Position numbers and translations under genes: made by a program
Assembly: GCA_951406725.2 (NCBI GenBank)
Contig: OX597824.1
Coordinates: forward strand, 15,128,001 to 15,192,000
Direction of reading: 5' to 3'
DNA length: 64,000 nt
Source of the DNA: Octopus vulgaris
Taxonomy: Eukaryota
Shown here: piece by piece, positions 1 to 13,745 of the stretch
Numbering within the stretch: position 1 is the first letter of the stretch
Layout of the letters: every line of letters begins with the position of its first letter
The notes under the pieces: generated by a model
Databases searched by the model: none
The model's input: the letters and a program-made list of their open reading frames with translations, nothing else
What the model was told of the DNA's origin: nothing

Positions 1-134
1 CTACAGCTGAGTGAACTGGAGCAACGTAAAATAAAGTGCCTTGCTCAAGAGCACAACCCGCAGCCCGGTCCGGGAATCGATCTCACAACCTCACGATCGT
101 AAGCTCGACGCTCTAACCACTAAGCCATGTACCT
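1..134 (-). mobile_element. tRNA-derived SINE family B head (5' part, runs off window start)
   Basis: Reverse complement reads tggcttagtggttagagcgtcgagc...gatcgattcccgg (A/B-box-like) then gttgtgctcttgagcaaggcactttatt...ccagttcactcagctg; near-identical to the copy at 50699. Confidence 0.85.
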
Positions 135-244
135 TCATACACACACATACACACGCACATACACATGTATATATGTATATATGTATATATATATATATAT
201 GTTTATGTTTATGTATATATATGTATATATGTACATGTTTATGT

Positions 245-336
<92 letters not shown>

Positions 337-651
337 AGTAAATGGTGGGGTTGTGTTAAACGCACGTGGAGAAATGACAGGAAAGGAAAAAATTATAATA
401 ATAAAGCAGAATGCTAAACCGAAAGCAAATTTTAATATATATGGGTGTAAGAAAAATTAAAAGAGGAAATCAAACGGCTTTCATTGCATGGCAAATTTTC
501 AAGATGAAGAGGCAGGGAAACAGTTTTTTAAGATGAGGAAGGGGAAAAAGTTAGAATGTTTTTTTCAAAAAATAATAATAAATATATACAAAAATTAATA
601 AATAAGTGTACCAATACATTAGAAGTGTTTTTATGCTGGGCCATTGCGCCC

Positions 652-901
<250 letters not shown>

Positions 902-1269
902 GCTGTATTCTTGGGATATATTTTTGCTCGTAAAATTACGCTTCATCTGATGATTACGGTTTTTTTCTGTACTGGAATAATACCTCTATTTAAAAAATGC
1001 ACAAGAGACATCTGTAATGAGCTGGCAATTATCCGTCGTCTGTTATTTTCCATTTGAACATATTGATTGCAAAATAAAGTCTTTAACCGTTCAGCCATGC
1101 CTATACTCCCTCCCACACGTGCATGTACACAGATAGATATGTACACGGTATACAGTTCTTCACAGATATGCATGCACATGCATCGAGAGACGAACAGTAT
1201 GAGCAACATTTGTTTTACATACAATTATATAAAGCTGAAATCAAGGCAAATGAGGACATGAATGGTACA

Positions 1270-1600
1270 TAGATACAGATGCGTTTTCCATCTCTCTGTC
1301 TTTTCCACCGCCATCATGAAGGCCTCTTCTCATCTGAGTCGGCTGGGCATGTAGTATCTCCACTCAAGCATTCACGTCCCACTTGTCTCTTCCTCTCATT
1401 GCCCCTGTTTAACAAACTCTTCACTAGTCCTTACATCAGTTTCTCCCCTCTTAAGAACAGTCTGGCTTCAAGAACTCCCTTTCCGCTCATGTCTTTCCCG
1501 CAGGTGCTGGGTTCCTAAAGCTCAAGAGGAGCCATTACTGATGTTTACATCCAGGTCTTGGAGAACTTGCAAAGGTCGTGGGCCCTACCCAGCGATTAAA
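1270..1600 (+). mobile_element. Decayed 3' end of a CR1/L2-group LINE ORF2
   Basis: Translates to SLCLFHRHHEGLFSSESAGHV...KHSRPT and, after frameshift, NSLSAHVFP, resembling the SLxLFYRY...WNSLPxxVFP C-terminus of these LINEs; A-rich end at about 1598. Confidence 0.55.
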
Positions 1601-1779
1601 AAAACAAACTAAAATACCTAAGTGCCATAAAAAAAACAGGGATAATGATAAGATGGAACAGATTTTGCGGTCCTTGTTATAGACAGAAAAATCTCCAACG
1701 AAATGTCCTACCTTGTTACAAACAAAGAGACATTTTAAAACTGAGATTTATTCGTGACTGAGAATGACTTCAACAGTAT

Positions 1780-2230
1780 AAGTTTTGTCTAGTGAATGTT
1801 TTAAAAAAAGATGGGTGAATGTAGCAAGGATGAATGACGAAGCCACTTTGACTATGATTCTATGAACCGTAAAAATTAATACAGAGAGTTGCTTATTTGC
1901 CAAAAAAAAAAAAAGAAATATAACATGTGACTTCATTGACCGAGGTTACTGGGGTCTTTTTCGTAGGCTTTTCTTTCCACGGGTAAACCTCACCTGTCCT
2001 CCCCTTTACACTTCATATTGACATTTCTGTGATAACGATCCCTATTGATCAATTTTTTTCTCCCCTCCCCTTTAAAAAAATTTTTTTATCCCCCTCTTTT
2101 TTGTCCTCTTTCTTTCCTTTTACGATCCCTTTTGATCGAAAACCAAACCACCTTTTTTTAACCCCAAAAGAAAAGCTCTACTTTGTAATTTGTCCTGTCT
2201 GTGTGCAGCCCTGTGTGGCTAATAAACAAA
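1780..2230 (+). mobile_element. 5'-truncated LINE (L1/Tx1-like) ORF2 end plus 3' UTR
   Basis: Frame 1782-1865 reads VLSSECFKKRWVNVARMNDEATLTMIL*; then a pyrimidine-rich UTR ending gccctgtgtggctaataaacaaaca, a tail similar to SINE family C. Confidence 0.55.
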
Positions 2231-2231
2231 C

Positions 2232-2495
<264 letters not shown>

Positions 2496-2497
2496 AT

Positions 2498-2709
2498 ATG
2501 TTTGTGTTTCTATGTTTGTCCCCCACCATCGCTTGGCAACCGATGTTGGTATGTTTACGTCCCCGTAACTTAGCCGTTCGGTATAATAGATCCATAGAAT
2601 AAGTACCAGGCTTATAAAGAATCAGTCGTGGGGGTCGATTTGTTCGACTAAAGGTGGTACCCCAGCATGGCCGCAGTCACATGACTGAAACAAGTAAGAG
2701 AATAAAAGT
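2498..2709 (+). mobile_element. SINE family A, 3' half
   Basis: catcgcttggcaaccgatgttgg...cagcatggccgcagtcacatgactgaaacaagtaagag matches full-length copies. Confidence 0.85.
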
Positions 2710-2737
2710 ATATATGTATATGAGAATAAAAGTATGT

Positions 2738-2907
2738 GGTGGCACATGGCCTAGTGCTTAGAGCAGCGGGCTCCCGCTCGAGGGATCGCGGGTTCGAACC
2801 TCAGACTGGGTGATGTGTGTGTTTATGGACGAAACACCTAAGCTCCACGCGGCAAATAAACTGCGGTGCATCAGCATGGCCGCAGCTCTGAGCTGAGACT
2901 ACAGAAT
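2738..2907 (+). mobile_element. Short tRNA-derived SINE: B2 head plus LINE-type tail
   Basis: A box tggcctagtgc, B box ggttcgaacc; gtgtttatggacgaaacacctaagctccacg shared with the 34643-34942 element; tail gcggtgcatcagcatggccgcagctctgagctgagac. Confidence 0.75.
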
Positions 2908-2951
2908 ATATGTCTATATATATATATTTTAATATACACTAATTTTATTTG

Positions 2952-2989
<38 letters not shown>

Positions 2990-3038
2990 GCATACATATA
3001 TACACACACACACACATGGATATCTATCTATCTATCTG

Positions 3039-3143
<105 letters not shown>

Positions 3144-3145
3144 AT

Positions 3146-3182
<37 letters not shown>

Positions 3183-3797
3183 TATACAACTCACCTTTCA
3201 CTAACAAGACAGTTTTAGGAGAACAAGAAACACAAATCAACATAATTTCCAATAAACTTCGAACAACGCAAAGCAAAGCAACAACATAAGCCAATATTTA
3301 AATCCCAACACCACCACCACAGAACCACCACCACCACCACCACCACAATCACCACCACCACCACCACCACCACCACCACCACCACCACCACCAGAAACAA
3401 CAACAGCAACAACAACAAAACTTTAACGTATAAATACATTCGAAAAATTAAATATAAATAAAAATCCATATAATTTTTTTTTTCTGATTCCCAAAGAAAA
3501 TACAATACGTTATTATTTCTTCTTTCTTTTATCGCTGCAAAATCTGTAATCGGTTGCTGCAGTTTGTTGCAGCGGCAACAACCAAAGACGATTGCAAGAT
3601 GCTGCGGCATGGCTGCGTTTAGGTATGTGTTAACCTACCAGGGAACGGAAGATGACTGACAACGGTTTTAGAGAATCCATTCTTTACATGCTTGTCGTCA
3701 TTTGTGATTAACGTTTTTTCTTTCTTTTAAGGGAAAGGAGGTGGTCGTTAAACCATTGTTTATCTGTTTGCCATTGTGTGTTTGTATGTGTGTGTAT

Positions 3798-3840
<43 letters not shown>

Positions 3841-3904
3841 GTGTTGTTTTTTTTTCGGGCATAAAATGTAAAATCCTTAAGAAATGTTAATCCAACACGT
3901 CTTT

Positions 3905-3908
3905 TATG

Positions 3909-3939
<31 letters not shown>

Positions 3940-4162
3940 GTGTGTATGTATGTATGTGTGTATGTATGTATATATGTATGTATGTATGTATGTATGTGTG
4001 TATGTATGTATGTATGTATGTTTATGTGTATGTATGTATGAATGTATGTATGTATGTATGTATGTACGTACGTATATATATATATATGTATTCATGTATG
4101 TACGTATGTATGTATGCATGTATGTATGTATGTATGTATGTATGTATGTATGTGTGTATGTA

Positions 4163-4198
<36 letters not shown>

Positions 4199-4320
4199 TG
4201 TATGTATGTATGTATGTATGTATGTATGCATGCATGCATGTATGTATGTATGTATGTATTCATGTATGTATGTATGTGTGTGTGTATGTATGTATGTATG
4301 TATGTATGTATGTATGGATG
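3905..4320. repeat. Degenerate (TATG)n tract
   Basis: Direct reading. Confidence 0.95.
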
Positions 4321-4491
4321 TGTGTTTGTCTGTGTGTACGTCTGCCTGTTAGTGTATATGTGTTTATATCTATGTGCGATTGTATGTATGTAGGAATGTA
4401 GGTCTAAATGCATGTTTGTGTGTAATACGTACGTATGCATGAATATGCATACGTACATATATGTGTGTGTGTATATATGAATAAATATATG

Positions 4492-4532
<41 letters not shown>

Positions 4533-4589
4533 ACATATGTATGTATGCATGTATATACGCAGGCACAAGCGCACATGCACACACACCCT

Positions 4590-4621
<32 letters not shown>

Positions 4622-4867
4622 CACACATACGAACAAACATATACACTCATATAAGCTGAGAATGACACAGGAGTAAGTGAAGTTCCTTTCTGAATTTGCC
4701 GCGTAACTCTGGGTCCCTGTGTGGCCGCGATACCATCCCTTCTAACTTATAAAAAGGATTATGGGTATTTTATCCTTACGTATTGAGTTCCTTCTCTTCC
4801 GGTTCGTAAAAAGAGACATGCACCCCCCCCCACACACACACACACTCACACACATATATGTATATGT

Positions 4868-5069
4868 ATTCTTTTATTTGTTTCAGTCATTTGACTGGGG
4901 CCAAGCCGGGGTTCCGTATTTTTCTATTAGAGTCGACCTCGGGGCTTTATTCTTTGTAAGCTTGATACTTATTCTATAGGGTACTTCTGCCGAACCGCTA
5001 GGTTACGGGGGCGTAAACACACCAACACCGTTTGTCAAGAGATGGTGGGGAGACAAATACAGACACACA

Positions 5070-5111
<42 letters not shown>

Positions 5112-5715
5112 AGCTTAGAGAAGAAGAAACGAAACGAAACGAAACGAATCGAATCGAATCGACGCGAAGGCGCTCAGTCATACAATAGTGTAATAGATAA
5201 AATATATGCATACATACAAACATATATGTACGTACCTACATCTACATGTATATATACATGCATATATAAATATATATACGTGAGTACAGGACACCACAAA
5301 TATACGTAGAACTCAACGAGAAACGAAAAAGTAAAAACAAGCATGGAACGGACCATTTTTTTAACAACGAAAAAACAGAGTACAAGACAACTACACAAGA
5401 AAAAATCCCCTTCATCAGCTGTCCCTAGTTCAACTCCAGCGTGTTTCGAAGGTGAAGACAGAACACGTCTCGTCAAACTAATCCTTCCTGCGAAAGAATT
5501 AAATAAAATTCCTTTGCAGAGGGGTAAAAACAAGGAATAAAATGTGACAAAAACAGGACGTAAACGGGCTTCTTTCAGTTTCAGTCTACCAAATCCACGC
5601 AAAAGCTTTTGGTCGGCCCGAGGCTATAGTACACAACTTGCCCAGGGCACCGCGCAGTGGGACTGAACCCGATACCAGGAGGTTGGGAAGTAAGCTTCTT
5701 ACCGCAGCCACTCCA
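4868..5715 (-). mobile_element. SINE family A split by an insertion in its internal microsatellite (3' half 4868-5070, 5' half 5564-5715)
   Basis: Both halves are collinear with full-length copies; about 490 bp of foreign sequence lies between them. Confidence 0.8.
5280..5563 (-). mobile_element. Probable Penelope-like terminal (pLTR-type) fragment
   Basis: Minus strand has ccttcGAAAC...cagCTGATGAagggg followed by a T-rich tract and ends in a TA-rich array; sits inside a SINE. Confidence 0.4.
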
Positions 5716-5899
5716 TAGATATATTTGTGCATGTATATTTATATAGCTACGCTAAGAAATTTTTATACATCTCTCTTTAACGTAAACATGTGTGTGTATG
5801 TGTGTGTATGTATGTGTGTATGTGTATATATGTATGTATTTAGTGGGTATAATAAGTATGTGTGGAGCTTTCGGCTTATGTTTGTTTGTGTCACTATTT

Positions 5900-5983
5900 T
5901 CTTCTTCTTTTTCTCCTTCTTCATCTTCTTCTTCATCTTCTTCATCTTCTTCTTCTTCTTCTTCTTTTTCTTTTCTTCTTCAT

Positions 5984-6014
<31 letters not shown>

Positions 6015-6019
6015 TTGTT

Positions 6020-6072
<53 letters not shown>

Positions 6073-6081
6073 CATCATAAC

Positions 6082-6124
<43 letters not shown>

Positions 6125-6169
6125 GTCATCTTCATTATTATTATTATTATTTTTATTATTATAATTATA

Positions 6170-6238
<69 letters not shown>
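5900..6238. repeat. Compound trinucleotide array (TTC)n-(ATC)n-(ATT)n
   Basis: Direct reading. Confidence 0.95.
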
Positions 6239-6511
6239 TGTCTTGAAAAGGTAAAATCCCTTATAAATAATCTAATACGTTCTATGTGTGTGTTTGTGTT
6301 TGCATGAGCTATAAGTGTGTGTGTATTTGAACATTTGGAGGGAAAACAGAATATTAAAGTAATGAAAGTATGTATGTATGTAATGGGTTGTGACTATATA
6401 TAAACATATACATATATACATGTATTTACAGTGTGTGTATATATATATATATACATATATATACCCACATACATATACAAATTATATCATGAATATATAT
6501 ATATATATATT

Positions 6512-6561
<50 letters not shown>

Positions 6562-7091
6562 CACATATATATAGCCACATATATATGTTATATTATATGT
6601 ATGTACACACACACACATACACACACACACATATTTTTTCATATGTATCTACGTTTATGTACTAACACAGATACACGCACACATAAATACTTATATTTAC
6701 ATGTGTGTATGTGAGTGTGTGTGTGTGTGTGTGTATGTGTGTGTGTGTAGAATGATGCTGACAAAGATGGCGATCCATTGTAGCAAGCGAAATGAGAGGA
6801 GGTAGTGGTGGGAGTAGTGGTTATCCGTCGTGGTAGGAGTAGTTGTGAGGTATTTCTGATTCTTGTAAGATAATTGACAGGAAAGCAAAGAATTTAATTT
6901 GAGAACAAAATTTAAACTCAATAATTCCGCGTGTATGTGTGTGTGTGTGTATGTGTGCGTGTCTGTATGTGTGAATGCGTATGAGCGTGTGTGTGTGTGC
7001 TTATATTTATGTGTCTATATATGTACTTACACATATTCACACACACACACACACACACACAAGCATGCACATACACGTATATTATCACTCT

Positions 7092-7180
<89 letters not shown>

Positions 7181-7442
7181 GCATATAGATGCGTGCATAT
7201 GCCAAAAATATAAATATACGTGCGTGAATATGTAGGTTTCTATGTGTGCATATATATATACACACACACATATGCACACACGCATAAGTATATGTATACA
7301 TGCATATTCTTAATATATTTATATATATATATATATGTATATATACATGCATCCATATATACCCTTACATATATATACATATATATATATACATACATCC
7401 ATATGCACCCTTACATATACGTATATATATATTTATGTATAC

Positions 7443-7522
<80 letters not shown>

Positions 7523-7568
7523 CGAGTGTGTATTTGTGTGTGTATATACATATGCACATATATGCACA

Positions 7569-7613
<45 letters not shown>

Positions 7614-7864
7614 ATATATCTATATATATACATGTTTATATATACATATATGTATACACACATATATATACATATACATATATATATATATGTGTATATA
7701 TATATATGTATAAACAAACACACACACACTCACACACACATTTATATACACACATCAACTTCACACGATTTTATCCGTTGCACTCTGCTTCACACCACCG
7801 ATACACCCATGTAACTCCTTCACGCCCTCCCCCCTCCCTACCTACATACCTACCCACCTACCTA

Positions 7865-7953
<89 letters not shown>

Positions 7954-7999
7954 CATCTTTCTATCTTTCTATCTTTCTCTCTCTCTATCTATCTATCCA

Positions 8000-8156
<157 letters not shown>

Positions 8157-8159
8157 ATA

Positions 8160-8263
<104 letters not shown>

Positions 8264-8320
8264 TACATATATATATTTATATATAAAGTTAATCCAAACA
8301 TGAAAACACAAAGAGAAAAC

Positions 8321-8377
<57 letters not shown>

Positions 8378-8760
8378 TTGTGTGCCTCTGTGTATGTGTA
8401 TTCATATATCCCATGCGTATGAGAGGATGTATATGTGCAGGTGTATATTTGTGTATATGCGTGTGTGTATGTATATGTTTAATACTAGAAAATCACTGGC
8501 TTTTTAATGAATCATTATGTATTTATTACGTTAACACATTAACGAAATTGCATGCTTGCATATACACCCACACTCACCCCCACCCACACACATTCCCACG
8601 CACATATATACATATACATACGCACACACACACACACACACGTACGCACACACATATACATTCACACGCATAGATGCTGAGAGCACAAGAACATATACCA
8701 ATCCATGTACACAAGCATAAACCTCGATGGCATATGCTCACTAATTACATACACCACTAG

Positions 8761-8833
<73 letters not shown>

Positions 8834-9318
8834 GTGTGTGTGTATGTATGTGTTTGTGTATATGTATAAATATATATATATATATATATGTGTGTGTGTT
8901 TGTGTATGTTTATATGTTCATGTATATAAATGCATATATATATACTCACATATATGTATATATATATGTATATATATGTGTATATATATATATATGCGTA
9001 TATGCATATATGTATATTTGTATATATATATGTATGTGTGTGTGTGTGTGTATGTGTGTATTTATATATATTTATGTATACATATGCATATAGGCACATT
9101 CATATGTGTTTAAATATTCTATGAACAGACCCTCCTATTTTGGTGTGTGCTATATATACATATATACATTTACATGCGTACATATATACACACAAATTCA
9201 CACAGATGCACACACACACACACACATGACTTGCACATTTTCGTATATACATGTATGTATAAACTTACAATTTATTACTCTCCGCCTATCTTCATATATA
9301 TATATATGTGTATGTATA

Positions 9319-9411
<93 letters not shown>

Positions 9412-9418
9412 ACATACA

Positions 9419-9455
<37 letters not shown>

Positions 9456-9724
9456 TTACACACGCATGTACACAGAACGCATGGATTAACAAAATTCCTA
9501 ACTTTAATAAATCCAAGATTTTTAGAAGAAAATGGTTTACAGTGATTTGCGCGTAGATAACAGAATAAAAACTTGGAAAACAATAAGAAAAAAAACATGA
9601 CACAAACACTGTAGAAAACAACAACAACAACAACAACAACAACAAAGCCAACATGTATGTAATCATTACTAGCAACAATAAGAGCAACAACATCACGAAA
9701 ATCAACAGCAACAACGAAGGAAAT

Positions 9725-9830
9725 ACTATGTGGTTTCCTCACCTGCTAGAAATAGCAGTGATCTAGCCTCAAATTGCAACTTGCTATTTAAAAAGACAAA
9801 AAAAAGTAGAAATATAGACACAGTAATAAA
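9725..9830 (+). repeat. Old degenerate interspersed repeat with core ctgctagaaatagcagc; related pieces near 11750-11890(-), 22450-22500(-), 46470-46625(+), 52410-52540(+)
   Basis: Recurrent motif ctgctaRaaatagMagc-aaatct-cctcaaat seen by eye in diverged copies. Confidence 0.4.
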
Positions 9831-10000
9831 ACAGGTGTGGTTGTGTAGGAAGTTTGGTTTCCAAGCATGGTGTCTTGGTTACAGTCTCACTAAGCAGCAC
9901 CTTGAGCAAGTGTTTTGTACTAGTGTACTTATGTCCCCGGGTCTCCCAAAGCCTTATGAGTAGGTTTCGTAGACGGAAACTGAAGGAAGACCATCGTCTG
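9831..10000 (+). mobile_element. SINE family A, diverged 5' half
   Basis: caccttgagcaagtg...aaagccttatgagtaggtttcgtagacggaaactgaaggaag. Confidence 0.75.
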
Positions 10001-10016
10001 TATATATATATATAAG

Positions 10017-10226
10017 TACTCTTTACTATTTTACTTGTTTCAGTCATTTGACTGCGGCCATGCTGGAGCACCGCTTTTAGTCGGGCAGATCCACTCCAGG
10101 AATTATTCTTTGGAAGCCTAGTACTTATTCTATCGGTCTCTCTTGCCGAACCGTTAAGTGAAAGGGTCGTAAATACACCAGCATCGGTTGTCAAGCGATG
10201 TTGGAGGGATAAACAAAGACAAACAA

Positions 10227-10268
<42 letters not shown>

Positions 10269-10444
10269 GTATACATATATACGACGGGCTTCTTTCAGTT
10301 TCCGTCTACCAAATCCACTCACAAGGTTTCGGTCGGCCCGAGGCTATAGTAGAAGACTCTTGTCCAAGGTGCCACGTTGTGGGACTGAACCCGGAACCAT
10401 ATGGTTGGTAAGCAAGTTACTTACCACACAGCCACTCCTGCGCC
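10017..10444 (-). mobile_element. SINE family A, full length (tRNA head, CORE-like ccttgggcaagt segment, internal microsatellite, LINE-derived tail)
   Basis: Starts ggcgcaggagtggctgtgtgg (A box) and ggttcagtccc (B box); ends cagtcaaatgactgaaacaagtaaaa. Confidence 0.92.
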
Positions 10445-10464
10445 TATCTACACAGCCACACGAT

Positions 10465-10660
10465 GATGGGTGAGGGAACAACAAGCAGGTGTATGTGTTT
10501 GACGCTTGGGAAGAATGGAAAGTCTTTTGACGTTTCGGACGTACGTCCTTCGACAGAAAGGATTGAGAGGAAAAGAAATGGAGAGAACAAGAAAAAAAAA
10601 AACAGAAGCAAATAAAACCGGAGAAAGAAAACATGTGTAGGGGTTAACGGTTCAACATGA
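10465..10660 (-). mobile_element. Hammerhead-bearing Penelope-like terminal repeat, copy 1
   Basis: Alignable by eye with 22605-22822 and 43983-44192 around aaagact...cYYRagcgYYaWac. Confidence 0.65.
10524..10560 (-). ncRNA. Minimal type I hammerhead-like ribozyme (variant core)
   Basis: cttt-CTGTCGA-a-ggac-gtac-gtcc-GAAAC-GTC-aaaag: stem I, core, 4-bp stem II, palindromic minimal stem III (ACGT), GUC cleavage triplet. Confidence 0.6.
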
Positions 10661-11176
10661 TGAAATGTCCCTATATATATACACGCACAGGTGTATGTGT
10701 ATGTGTTTGTGTATGTGTGAGTTATGCAATGGACACTCCGATCGATTTCGGAGTATGATCATCTTACTGATTGACTTAAGATGTCAAGTGGATGAATATT
10801 CCATAAACACGAGTAGCTTTAAGCGAGCTCTCGAGAGGAACCGTTGCGACATGTTTGGACCCACCCTTGAAATTTAGGTGCAATCCAACCAGTTTCTGCC
10901 TACCCTGTTCTACTCACAAGGTTTTGGGTTGATCCGGAGCTATGGCAAAAATACTTATCCGTGATGTCACCCATTGTCGAATCCCCACGATTGTGGAGCG
11001 AACTTCGTACACACACACACACACACACACACGCATACACACACATGCACACATACATGCACACATACATGCACACATACATGCACACACACGCACATGC
11101 ACACACACACACAGAGAATAACACACACAAACACACATACACACACATGCACACACACATTTATGAATGTATGTAC

Positions 11177-11232
<56 letters not shown>

Positions 11233-11288
11233 AAATTAATTTAGGGTAGAAATTGATATTTATCAATTAGAACCAGTGGTCCTTAATT

Positions 11289-11336
<48 letters not shown>

Positions 11337-11364
11337 TGTTTATGTTTGTGTATGTATACACACA

Positions 11365-11703
11365 GGACCACAAGGTCCAGTCCTTGTTGCAGTGTCGGGG
11401 TTGTATTATTTAAAACCCCATGAGATATGTCAGAGGAACGCAAACTCCTGGTCAGGCCCTTCTATACTGGGTAGGTCAAAATATAGAGACCCAGTGAATG
11501 TGGATAACCTCTTCCCAGAGGTAAAAATGGGTTTGTGTAGGGTCCACACTCCATCTAGAAAAAGCAAAGTTACAAAAGCATCGAAGACAATTTAAAACGA
11601 ATAAAACTTAGAAAAAGGGGAAAATAAGGCAGAGTCGAGAACTAGAAAAAAGCCATCGGTAGTCTATAATCCACAGGGAGTAAAGGGCGTAAGTAATTAA
11701 GTA
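11365..11703 (+). mobile_element. Probable non-autonomous RTE-derived element (5' UTR-like part fused to an RTE-type 3' end)
   Basis: 3' end gtctataatccacagggagtaaagggcgtaagtaattaagta resembles RTE tails; gggtttgtgtagggtccacactccatctagaaaa resembles RTE 5' UTRs; no ORF. Confidence 0.45.
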
Positions 11704-12648
11704 GGGTATACACACAACCCTGAATGAGGATACCTGCCATTAAATGCGTTCCAATAGTGACCACCCAGTCTTTTAATGTATCTGTGACTACACTGTCTGT
11801 GAAGCTTCATTCTTTAGACGGTATTGGGTAACTTGAAGACGATTTGTCGCTTAGAGTTATAAGTAGGTTGAACGACGCGTAGGGGCTTCTTCTGCATCAA
11901 AGGCAGAACAGTAGACAACACTCGACAGTAGACAACACGCCAGTCTCGTACTCGAAACTTAAATTAATAATCTACACCTGTTTATTGTATACTGAACCGT
12001 GAAATAATTAGGGGTCTTGGGCATGTTTCTCGAGCAGCTCAAACATATTGTGGGATACGATCTACCGAGACCACCAGACTCGACAGATGCCACTTCAATG
12101 GTTGTTTTTCAACTTTTACTTTCTCTTTCGTTTTCTACTAGTTCCGATCAATTTTCTTCATATTACAGCATAATACAAGTTTACAATGAAGAATATAAGA
12201 ACATCTTTCAAGATTCTCATCTAAGCAAACACCAACACCAACACCAACATGATCGTCAGTGCCAGTTTCCTCCCCACACGTCTCACACACTACCTCACTA
12301 TCTACTACGCATTCGTTCTTAACTGCACTCCACTCCATCCCAGTCTGTTTCTGGTAACAATGTCGGGCTTTCGAATGCATTCACACAAAAAAAAAAAAAC
12401 AATCGTTGCTAGAAATGGCGACAGAAGAATGAAAAACGAAGAATGAAGGAATAAAGAGATGAAATGAAGGAGAAATAGTTGCAGCCGTAGTCTGTTAAAC
12501 TGAAAGAAAAAAAAGGCAAAAGAAGAGAGAAAGAAAGGGAATGAAAATGAAAGCCATTTGTAGAAGTGTTACAAAAGACCTAAAAAAAAAACTATTCGTA
12601 TTTAAATGATTTTATCAAGATGTAGTCCGTACTCTCTGTTCTTTCTCT

Positions 12649-12681
<33 letters not shown>

Positions 12682-12695
12682 ACTTTATCTATCTG

Positions 12696-12851
<156 letters not shown>

Positions 12852-13050
12852 CCTGTCTGCCTGTCTACCTGTCTGTCTGTCTATCTATCTATCAGTCTGT
12901 CTGTCTGCCTGTGGTCTCTCCCTCTCCCTTTCTTTAACTATTTGTCTGTTTATCTATCCTTTTATCCTGCCTAACCTATCTATGTATTTACCTACCTATA
13001 TCTCTTTCCCACCCCTCACTCTCTCTCTCTTTCCCTATACCCATACGCAT

Positions 13051-13745
13051 CGATGTAATCGAATAAATCCCTTTGTCTGTCCTTGTTTTTTCCCTCTACA
13101 TTTAGCCCCATGTGGGCAATAAAGAAATAAGAAACGTTAGCACGCCGAGCCAAATGCTCAGCGGTATTTCGTCTGTCTTTACGTTCTGAGTTCAAATTCC
13201 GCCGAGGTCGACTTTGCCTTTCATCCTTTCGGGGTCGATAAATTAAGTACCAGTTGCGTACTGGGGTCGATTTAATCGACTTAACCCCTTTGTCTGTCCT
13301 TGTATGTCCCCTCTACGTTTAGCCCCTTGTGAGCAATAAATAAATAAGAAACGTTATCACGCCGAGCAAAATGCTGAGCGGTATTTCGTCTGTCTTTACG
13401 TTCTGAGTTCAAATTACGCCGAGGTCGACTATGCCTTTCATCCTTTCGGGGTCGATAAATTAAGTACCAGTTGCGTACTGGGGTAGATCTAATCGACTGG
13501 CCACCCTTCCCTCTAAATTTCGAGCTTTGTTCCTAGAGTGGAAAAGAATCGATAAGTCTCCGAGCAAAATTCTTTGTGGCACTTTGACCGTCTTTTTGTT
13601 CTGAGTTCAAACTCCGCCGAGGTCGACTTTCCCTTTTATACTTCCAGGGTCGATAAAATAAGTACTAGTTTCATACTGGGGTCAATGCAATCGACTTTTC
13701 CCGATCCCTGAAACTGCTGGCCTTGTGTCAAAATTTGAAATCAAT
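13051..13745 (+). mobile_element. Head-to-tail array of SINE family C (tail fragment plus 3 units, period about 217 bp, different tails)
   Basis: Repeated gttctgagttcaaattccgccgaggtcgactttgcctttcatcctttcggggtcgataaattaagtaccag; central segment resembles the Meta-type SINE domain as I recall it. Confidence 0.85.

Noticed and set aside
947-985. ctgatga followed by a tacgg/ctgta hairpin next to a TA array; similar partial motifs at 17914-17939 and 18657-18700
   Set aside because: The GAAA box or the CUGANGA box is incomplete in each and no stem I/III is convincing
2738-2815. tRNA genes at SINE heads (also 15934, 50699, 61670-61740)
   Set aside because: A and B boxes are present, but acceptor stems are incomplete and each continues into a SINE body
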